This document shows positions 57,347-64,000 of a stretch of DNA of 64,000 nt, piece by piece. Positions within the stretch are counted from its first letter, which is position 1, and every line of letters begins with the position of its first letter. Below the pieces are notes generated by a model. The model had not been told where the DNA came from and ran no database searches. It saw only the letters and a list, made by a program, of their open reading frames with translations. The DNA comes from a virus. Its lineage: Duplodnaviria; Caudoviricetes. The stretch spans positions 95-64,094 of IMG/VR virus record IMGVR_UViG_3300047463_000166. One strand, written 5' to 3'. Position numbers and translations under genes: made by a program.

Positions 57347-57754
57347 TTACACGTTGAAGACAGGTGTCTGATCCGGCTTGTAGTGCCCGTTGACCAACAG
57401 AACCGAAGCTCCGTAGTCAGCAGCCGCCGTCCCAACCGCACCGACCACTCGGATGTACCGACGAACTGTGTTGCCGTTCAGCTTCAGCATGGCAATCTGG
57501 GCCTGGTTATCGCCAGTATCCGCAACTGCTGTGAAGGCCGCGCCGGACACATCAGCCCAAGACGAGTTATCCGCCGAATCCTGAATCTTGACGTTCAAGG
57601 TACCAGTCGAGGCGACGTTCCCGACCGAGAGCACCACACACGCTTCATCGTAACCAGCGGTGTCGATGCTGGCACCGTTCACTGTGCCGACTGCACTTCC
57701 AGCCGCACCATACTTCGGTTTCACATTGTACGCGAGAGACTTGTTTGCCGACAT
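57347..57754 (-). CDS. Head decoration protein
   Basis: GASIDT.GY, KIQDSADNSSWADV, RRYIRV; follows capsid. Confidence 0.7.
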   Translation of the reverse strand: MSANKSLAYNVKPKYGAAGSAVGTVNGASIDTAGYDEACVVLSVGNVASTGTLNVKIQDSADNSSWADVSGAAFTAVADTGDNQAQIAMLKLNGNTVRRYIRVVGAVGTAAADYGASVLLVNGHYKPDQTPVFNV

Positions 57755-57836
57755 ATTAAATCCTCCTTGGTTCAGAGAGGGTGGGGTTTTATCCCCACCC
57801 GATCTCAGTTTCTTATGTTAATCGTGAAGATCGCTA

Positions 57837-59084
57837 TTAGGCGATTGTCTCCACGTTCAAGTGCTGTCCGATGCAGAAGCTCTCCGTATGTCTCAGCATC
57901 ACGTCAACTTCCTGCACGAACCGAATCCATGTCTGGTTCGTTGTGAAGGCGGTAGACGCTTCCTGAGAGGCCATGATCGTCAAACCCTGCCACACACCCA
58001 CGATCAACTCGGCCCAATTCCCGAACAGGACTTCCGTCTCGTCAGGGCTGGTTGTCGTTGTGATCGCCATGTTGGTCGTCGATTGGAACGGATAACCCAA
58101 CATGTCAGTAATTCGACCTTGGGTGGCCGGATTCTGAACGAACCCACCGAGGCCGTCTTCCGAAGATGTCCCATTGCTAGTACGAGCCAACGCGAGGTTC
58201 TTCTTCACGCGGGGATGGAAGCACCAGCCCAACTTACCTTTGAGGGAGTTGGCTTCGGCTAACTTATTCTCGATCTCATACAGCCCACCCCAAATCCCGA
58301 CACGCTTGGCGATTGAGGTCATGTCGTAGGTCAGAACGCCAGGGACGTTCATCAACCCAAGAGGCTGACCGTTGGCACCAACACCACGGATCGCGGCGAG
58401 GTCAACAGCTTCCGCCATCGCAAACGCAACGTCCTGTCGCACCAGAGCTTCGATCGACGGGTTGCTCATCCGAAGCAGCCGGTTGGACAGCTTCACGAGA
58501 GCAGCCGCGCCCTTCGGGGTCATTTGGCTCTGCTTGAGGGTCAAGTCCGAAGCAGTGATCCCGTTGGGATTATCTTCACCGAGCCAGTAGACAGTTGCCC
58601 CACCAGACTGACCAGGAACCTCAACCGGCGAACCAGTCAACCCTTCGATATAGGTCGCACCGAGATTCTTGGTCACGAGGTTGGCACGGAACATCTCAAT
58701 GAAATCACCGAGAGCCTGAACCGGAACCACGTACCCACCAGCCGTATCTGTTTCGGTGGACATCGTCTTAGTGATCCCGTCACCGGACTCGGCAGTGTTC
58801 TGAAACACTTCACGCTCGAAACCAGCGTTGCCCCAATTCTTCGTCGCAATGGCGTTGATCGCCTTCAGCAACGAGAACTTCTGCTTCTCATCTTCCAGAC
58901 CAGGGAGAGATGTTTTCTTGCCAGCGGAAACGGACTTGAGTTCGCCCATCTCCTGCTTCATCTTCACGTAATCCTCACGGAGAGCCTTGATCTCGTCCTG
59001 CGCCGATTTCATCAACGCGGAGTCGCCAATGGCCTTCTCCATCTTGTCTTGCAGTTCTGCGAGTTTCTTCAACAGTTCTTCCAT
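57837..59084 (-). CDS. Major capsid protein, HK97 fold with delta domain
   Basis: N-terminal coiled coil, AGGYVVP, WLGE, GQPLGL, LFGNW. Confidence 0.93.
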   Translation of the reverse strand: MEELLKKLAELQDKMEKAIGDSALMKSAQDEIKALREDYVKMKQEMGELKSVSAGKKTSLPGLEDEKQKFSLLKAINAIATKNWGNAGFEREVFQNTAESGDGITKTMSTETDTAGGYVVPVQALGDFIEMFRANLVTKNLGATYIEGLTGSPVEVPGQSGGATVYWLGEDNPNGITASDLTLKQSQMTPKGAAALVKLSNRLLRMSNPSIEALVRQDVAFAMAEAVDLAAIRGVGANGQPLGLMNVPGVLTYDMTSIAKRVGIWGGLYEIENKLAEANSLKGKLGWCFHPRVKKNLALARTSNGTSSEDGLGGFVQNPATQGRITDMLGYPFQSTTNMAITTTTSPDETEVLFGNWAELIVGVWQGLTIMASQEASTAFTTNQTWIRFVQEVDVMLRHTESFCIGQHLNVETIA

Positions 59085-59113
59085 AACGTCATCCTCCTTC
59101 AATATGCTTCACA

Positions 59114-60178
59114 TTATCGTGAAGCGTTTAGTTTCCCTTGCATTCCTTCCAACATCGCAAACGCCTTCTTCATAATATCCGATGCCGGAGACTCAGGAAG
59201 CCCTTGCGTCAAACTTGCGACATCTGGTTTCTGCTTCGAGGCCATCTGCCCAATGACGTTCCCGAACAATGTCTGTACGGCATCGAGAGATTTCTTCGCT
59301 TCGAGACTCGCTTCGCTCTGACCTTTGATAAGTGTCTCAAGATCCGCGATGCGTTTTTCGAGAGCCGCAATCTGTTCCTTCATCAGTGCCTCCTCTTCTG
59401 CCGAAACTTCTGCACTTGCTTCACGTTCTACTTCTACAGGATTTTCATTAGGTAAATCAAGTGGTGCTTCTAAAGTTTTTGTGATGCACTCCTCGAACTC
59501 CGTTTCAGTAAGGTTTCCAGACTTCACCGCCGTCACCAATGCCTTGCTGTCAGCGGGAATTGGTACGACTGACAGTTCCAGCAACTCAAGACTCGTGAAC
59601 TTCCGGCCAATGATGTTGCCTTCATCATCCTTCAACCATTCTGCGGATTTCACCCTTGCGCCGATCGACACACCGTTGAGATACCCACCCTTGACGAGCT
59701 TGTACACGGTGTCCGCAAATGCGTACTCTTCCGCCGTGGCGAACTGAATCGTCATAGAGAGTTTGCCTTTGTCGTTGGAGACCTCAACGGCCTTGCCCAC
59801 CGGCAGCGCATAATGATCGTGCGCCCATAAAATGACAGGGTTCTTCATGTAGTTCTGTGTCTCGATTCCATCGATCTTGACAATGTCGCCCACACGGTCG
59901 GCTTTGCCGCTCGCCGCAATGACGCGGATCTGCCGCTTTGCATCAAGCGCAGAGTCAGATGCGAATTGAATATCGGACAACAGCTTTCGTTGTGTTCCCT
60001 TGACAATCAAATCTTGATTCGGCATAGACTTCTCCTTTTTCTTCTTGTCCCATGAACTTTGGCACACCGCGTACCGCTGATCCTGTTTTGGATATTCAGT
60101 ATTCATCGTCGGGTTTGCCATGCACCGTCCCATGAACGCATCATGAGACTCTCCCTTATTAGGTTTCGGTATTGGCAT
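59114..60178 (-). CDS. HK97-type prohead protease with N-terminal extension (second start 60025)
   Basis: DRVGDIV, NPVILWAHD, VSIG, LLELSVVPIPA. Confidence 0.88.
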   Translation of the reverse strand: MPIPKPNKGESHDAFMGRCMANPTMNTEYPKQDQRYAVCQSSWDKKKKEKSMPNQDLIVKGTQRKLLSDIQFASDSALDAKRQIRVIAASGKADRVGDIVKIDGIETQNYMKNPVILWAHDHYALPVGKAVEVSNDKGKLSMTIQFATAEEYAFADTVYKLVKGGYLNGVSIGARVKSAEWLKDDEGNIIGRKFTSLELLELSVVPIPADSKALVTAVKSGNLTETEFEECITKTLEAPLDLPNENPVEVEREASAEVSAEEEALMKEQIAALEKRIADLETLIKGQSEASLEAKKSLDAVQTLFGNVIGQMASKQKPDVASLTQGLPESPASDIMKKAFAMLEGMQGKLNASR

Positions 60179-61532
60179 CACCAATCTCCTTCTTCGCTGG
60201 CACAGGTTTCGGCTTCTGTGGATTCTGTTGATCTTGTGGCGGACCATCAGACGAGCCACCAGGAGCCATTGAAGGCGCAGCAACGACTACCTTGCCGGTC
60301 TCATCGACTTGATTCACATTCTGCATCACATAACTCGCGTTTCCATTCGGCACGTCGTCGAGTCCAAGTTTGAAGCGTTTGTTTAGTCTGTTGAGCGGAT
60401 AACCCATCTGCCACAACTTGAAGGCCATTTCGACCTTCTCGACCATATCACCTTGCAGGGCTTCAACGTCGGTGAGATCGAACTCTGCGTAGATGTTACC
60501 GGTACCAGACACCGAGAATAATTGCGACCACATGACCCATTCGATCAACTTCATTTTCGGCACAAGGGTCTTCACCCAAAATTCTCTCGCCTGAACCTTC
60601 GCCACGGCGAAATTGACATCAGTCCACACACCAAGTTCCAACTTCGGCACTTTGAAACACGCGAGCACTTCATCGCGGTTCCACTGCTTCTGGTTGAGAA
60701 ACTCCATGTCCTTCTGCGATACGGAGAGTTGCTTGTACTTCGCACCGCCCTCAAGCAGTGCCAGCGTGTGCGCTTTATTGACGCCTTGATGATGCTCACG
60801 GAACTGAGTCAGCATCCGATTGAACTGTTCGTCCGTCAAATCCTCTTCGATCTCGATGACGCCCCCAGGCAGCGCACTATTCGAGAAGAACGCCTTGTTG
60901 TACTCTGATGCGAGTTGATCTTGGTCGATGCCAAGCTGTGCGGCTTCGATTGGTGCAAGCCCACGAATGGGGTCATACGGATTGAAGAGTTTGAAGTGAC
61001 ATACTTCCCACTTTGCAAATGGTGTATCGACACGATCGCCTCTCTCATTGATCGTCTCCGTCTTCCAGCCGGTCAACTTCTCAGCTTTATTCTTGACAGG
61101 CTCAAAGATTCTTCCATCGAACGGCTGAATCTCTCGCGGCACCGCAGTCGGCTCATCACGATCGAGCACCCACATACACTCTCCGAACAGCAGCAAATAC
61201 GTGACGGTCGCTTCCATCAACTGTTGCAAGCCCATCTCAGCGTTGGGTTTCTCAAACAGTGTTGACCATTGATTCGATTGTCGGTCTGCGGCTTTCTTGT
61301 CTCGTGAATTTTTCCACGCGAGGGGTGTCTGTGAAATGTTCAACGCGACGGATTCAACGGCTCCATGCACCCACGCATGAACTCTATACGGTTCAGTGAC
61401 CTGATTTCCGCCCAAAATGGCCGATAAACTGGTCATGCGGTTTGTCCCCGCCAGCGTGAATTGCGAATCAGATAACCGCTGAATGATCGGGATACTTTTC
61501 TGAACAATCCAATTCTCAAGCCACTTATACAT
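60159..61532 (-). CDS. Portal protein (HK97 family)
   Basis: KPN, GECMW, GLAPI, FFSNSALPGG, LEGG, DMEF. Confidence 0.92.
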   Translation of the reverse strand: MYKWLENWIVQKSIPIIQRLSDSQFTLAGTNRMTSLSAILGGNQVTEPYRVHAWVHGAVESVALNISQTPLAWKNSRDKKAADRQSNQWSTLFEKPNAEMGLQQLMEATVTYLLLFGECMWVLDRDEPTAVPREIQPFDGRIFEPVKNKAEKLTGWKTETINERGDRVDTPFAKWEVCHFKLFNPYDPIRGLAPIEAAQLGIDQDQLASEYNKAFFSNSALPGGVIEIEEDLTDEQFNRMLTQFREHHQGVNKAHTLALLEGGAKYKQLSVSQKDMEFLNQKQWNRDEVLACFKVPKLELGVWTDVNFAVAKVQAREFWVKTLVPKMKLIEWVMWSQLFSVSGTGNIYAEFDLTDVEALQGDMVEKVEMAFKLWQMGYPLNRLNKRFKLGLDDVPNGNASYVMQNVNQVDETGKVVVAAPSMAPGGSSDGPPQDQQNPQKPKPVPAKKEIGDANTET

Positions 61533-62874
61533 GCAGGAACCTCACTCGTGGTGTTCGACGTTCAACAATGAGCCACGTCAGCGCAAAGACCAGCGCATCG
61601 ACTCTGTCCGGTGACTGTCCCTTCTTCGCTTGCTCTTCAGGGTTGAATGTCACCATCTGTTCTTCCAACTGCTCGAAGTATTCTGTGTGGAAGATACGCT
61701 TTTGCTCGTATAACGCGCCGACCGGCTCTGCACGAAGACGTTTTCCCTTCGAGGAGTGCAGCTTCATGAACGATACGGCGAGACCACCCTTGGCTTGTCG
61801 CAACGTATATTCCACTAGGTCGCCGCCATTATTGACTTCTCCTAATACCTTATCCGCTTTCCATTTATGATACAAGTGGATTATCAACGCGGCCCACTCA
61901 TTCGGCTTGTAGTGACCGCTTCGGTCTTCAAGCACATCGGCATTCTGCCCGTTGTTATAGCTGCCACACACCACGATACCGGTCTCATCACTCCCTTCTC
62001 CGGCACTCACCGCAGGGTCTACCGCGATACAGATCCGCTCGTATTGATCGACCGGCATCGGCCCTTGCTTCTTCATGATGTTGTCTTCAGAGAAGATGGC
62101 TCCTTCAACCGCAGCCAGGAACAGCCCTTCAATTTCCTGCTTACCGAGTCTCGTGCCTTGGTACCGCTCAAGGATCGCCTTGATGAAGGAGTCCGGTAGG
62201 TTTTTCCTGTTGTCCAACATCGAGCCCCTCGTCAACACGAGGCCAGGAAGTTTGCGGACTCGATTCATGAAGATCGTCGGCTTCGGTGTCGTGGTAATGA
62301 TCGTCTGCGGATTGGAACCAAGGCGCATCCCAAACTGCAACATGTCCCACGTCCCCTCGTCGGCCCACGCTGCCAACTCGTCGCACCACGCTTTTTCATG
62401 TTGTGGGCCACGCAACCGCTCGCTCTCTTCAGCAGAGTACATCATGCCGATGGCTCCGTTGGGCCAGATGATTCGCCGCTTTGAGGGTTCGTACTTAGGG
62501 AGAAACTCGTCACGCGAGCAGCCGATGATGCCGGACTCGCCGTTGACCATCACGTCACGCACGTCGGCAGCAGTCGGCGCAACAAGGGCCACACGTTTGA
62601 CGCCGTGGTTTTCTACTTGATCGCGGATCCACTCGGCTCCCGTTCGTGTTTTTCCAAAACCCCGTCCGGCCTGGATCAGCCAGTAGACCCACTCATCACT
62701 CGGCGGCGGGAGTTGATTGTCCCTCGCCCACAACGACCACTCCTTTTTCAGATACTCCCGCTCCGTCTCGCTCACGTTGCTCAGAAGCTCGTCTCTTTCC
62801 TGCACGGTCAAGCGCGTTAGCGAGTTTATCTCGTGCGGAGTTTCGTTCAGCACGTTGCTGTGCGTCGAGGTCAT
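61525..62874 (-). CDS. terL: Terminase large subunit
   Basis: AGRGFGKT, LRGPQ, WCDE, TTTP, AVDPA, SPDRVDA. Confidence 0.95.
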   Translation of the reverse strand: MTSTHSNVLNETPHEINSLTRLTVQERDELLSNVSETEREYLKKEWSLWARDNQLPPPSDEWVYWLIQAGRGFGKTRTGAEWIRDQVENHGVKRVALVAPTAADVRDVMVNGESGIIGCSRDEFLPKYEPSKRRIIWPNGAIGMMYSAEESERLRGPQHEKAWCDELAAWADEGTWDMLQFGMRLGSNPQTIITTTPKPTIFMNRVRKLPGLVLTRGSMLDNRKNLPDSFIKAILERYQGTRLGKQEIEGLFLAAVEGAIFSEDNIMKKQGPMPVDQYERICIAVDPAVSAGEGSDETGIVVCGSYNNGQNADVLEDRSGHYKPNEWAALIIHLYHKWKADKVLGEVNNGGDLVEYTLRQAKGGLAVSFMKLHSSKGKRLRAEPVGALYEQKRIFHTEYFEQLEEQMVTFNPEEQAKKGQSPDRVDALVFALTWLIVERRTPRVRFLHV

Positions 62875-63301
62875 TTTTCTCTACCTTCTCTGTTTGTTCA
62901 AGGTATTGCTTTCCAAGGTGAACGAGCATTCGCTCGCTCCCCATCATCGCTGCGTCCCACTGTGCCAAGCGGAGTCTTGCCTTCGCACGTTCGCGTCCCC
63001 GCGCCCACACAGGAGAAAACGTCACGTTGAATTGTTCTTTTGTGAGGCCGGTGATTGCAATCACTTCACTCGGCTCACACATGAGGCTCCCTAATCGTTC
63101 CACGAGTTGCAAGTCACGCTCAGTCGGACACGTCGGATCGTCCATGATGGACACATCCATCGCATAGACACGTTCGGACGCAGGAAGTTGCGCTTCGGCT
63201 GGCATCAGCACATTCACTCGATCGAGCGTTCGTAATCGACCGCCATTACGCGACGGGTTCTCCGGCACAGCAAGATTGGTATCTACGGTTGATTCACTCA
63301 T
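62696..63301 (-). CDS. terS: Terminase small subunit
   Basis: HTH-like EVIAITG, LRLAQW, MLVHLGKQYLEQ; upstream of terL. Confidence 0.75.
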   Translation of the reverse strand: MSESTVDTNLAVPENPSRNGGRLRTLDRVNVLMPAEAQLPASERVYAMDVSIMDDPTCPTERDLQLVERLGSLMCEPSEVIAITGLTKEQFNVTFSPVWARGRERAKARLRLAQWDAAMMGSERMLVHLGKQYLEQTEKVEKNDLDAQQRAERNSARDKLANALDRAGKRRASEQRERDGAGVSEKGVVVVGEGQSTPAAE

Positions 63302-63307
63302 GGAGTC

Positions 63308-63336
63308 ACATTAGGGCGAACTACGTAATATGTCAA
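63308..63336 (-). promoter_or_regulatory. sigma70-type promoter for the late operon (leaderless terS)
   Basis: TTGACA-17bp-TAATGT, then 6 nt to ATG 63301. Confidence 0.55.
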
Positions 63337-63505
63337 GTGATTAGCGCAGAACGTGATCTGTTTGTCAAGTTTTGTGTCTCGTTTTACATGCTTCGTGTTC
63401 CGAACCTTCATGTTTTTTTCCTGTGTATATTTTAGGGGGTCTGCGTATTACTCGGAGGGGGTCGAAAAAATTTTCCACAAGTGGTGGGGGTGTGCGATTT
63501 CTACC

Positions 63506-63603
63506 ACACTATTAGTTGTGTGTTGCATTTATGCACTACGTATGTGCGATTTCTACCACACTATATGTGGTGTTGTAATAATGATACACACTATATGTAG
63601 TTC
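63506..63603. promoter_or_regulatory. Three NrdR-box-like sites
   Basis: ACACTATTAGTTGTGT (63506), ACACTATATGTGGTGT (63558), ACACTATATGTAGTTC (63588) versus consensus acaCwAtATaTwGtgt. Confidence 0.55.
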
Positions 63604-63607
63604 GACA

Positions 63608-63881
63608 TGCACGTTTCATGCCTCATATCGCCTTGCAAGAATCATGCCAAACGAAATCCGAGGCTTGAAACACGAATGGCATAAGACTTGCATTGGCATA
63701 GGAATTGCATATCTCGGAATTCGCGTTTCGGTATAAGACTTGCAAGGCACAAAACTTGCAAGGCACAAAACTTGCAAGGCGGAATTCGCGTTTCGTGTCT
63801 GGCAAGAAAATTGCAAGGCATGAAAAATGCAATAGCAAAAAACGTGTTACGAGTTTCGCGTTTTGTGGCATGAGTTTTGCA
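63608..63881. repeat. Array of about ten sigma54 -24/-12-like 16-mers
   Basis: + strand: 63677, 63694, 63729, 63745, 63761, 63800, 63816, 63866; - strand: 63634-63649, 63608-63623. Confidence 0.8.
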
Positions 63882-64000
63882 TGGCGCGTACCATCTTTCC
63901 TCACTGTGTTAAAAAGATCACACTGTTGTAAAAAGCACACATTGTACTTCTGAGGTAGGTTTAATCCTACTTTTAAGGTATAGCACCGACTACAAAAACG

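Noticed and set aside
56804-59321. Long + strand ORFs (380 aa, 265 aa) opposite capsid genes, and similar antisense ORFs elsewhere
   Set aside because: Shadow frames of strongly biased real genes; no RBS or motifs
63677-63881. CRISPR or mini-array interpretation of the terminal repeats
   Set aside because: Units are 16 bp, often abutting, with no unique 30-40 bp spacers and no cas operon
63353-63953. Short ORFs in the terminal region (also 167-734)
   Set aside because: Low-complexity translations of regulatory repeats without RBS
1-64000. Lysogeny module or stop-codon reassignment
   Set aside because: No integrase or repressor recognised; core genes are intact in the standard code

Overview
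Nearly complete ~64 kb tailed dsDNA bacteriophage genome with a siphovirus layout and HK97-type head, in two convergent arms. The + strand (793-31122) carries small early ORFs, tRNA-Thr(TGT), tRNA-Asn(GTT), a metallophosphoesterase, an RNA ligase and a free-standing LAGLIDADG nuclease. It then has replication genes (SNF2 and UvrD helicases, AEP primase-polymerase, PolA) and nucleotide-metabolism genes (ThyX, class II RNR, dCMP deaminase, DUF550-like pyrophosphatase, P-loop kinase). The - strand (63301-31124) carries terminase, portal, protease, capsid, decoration proteins, a lysis cassette and tail genes. No integrase, repressor or CRISPR array was recognised. The most striking signals are non-coding or recoding. 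(1) Four early promoters fit the sigma54 -24/-12 consensus with an invariant GTAT at +1; three also have an IHF-like box and positionally conserved TGAGGC enhancer-like sites. (2) The right end holds about ten packed sigma54 boxes next to NrdR-like, DnaA-like and CRP/Rex-like boxes, possibly a host transcription-factor decoy cassette. (3) A CCA-ended tRNA-like RNA has its T-loop replaced by a hairpin and lies directly upstream of the RNA-repair genes. (4) A probable -1 frameshift gives an Fn3 surface protein two alternative C-termini. All family calls come from motif recognition by eye; no database searches were run.
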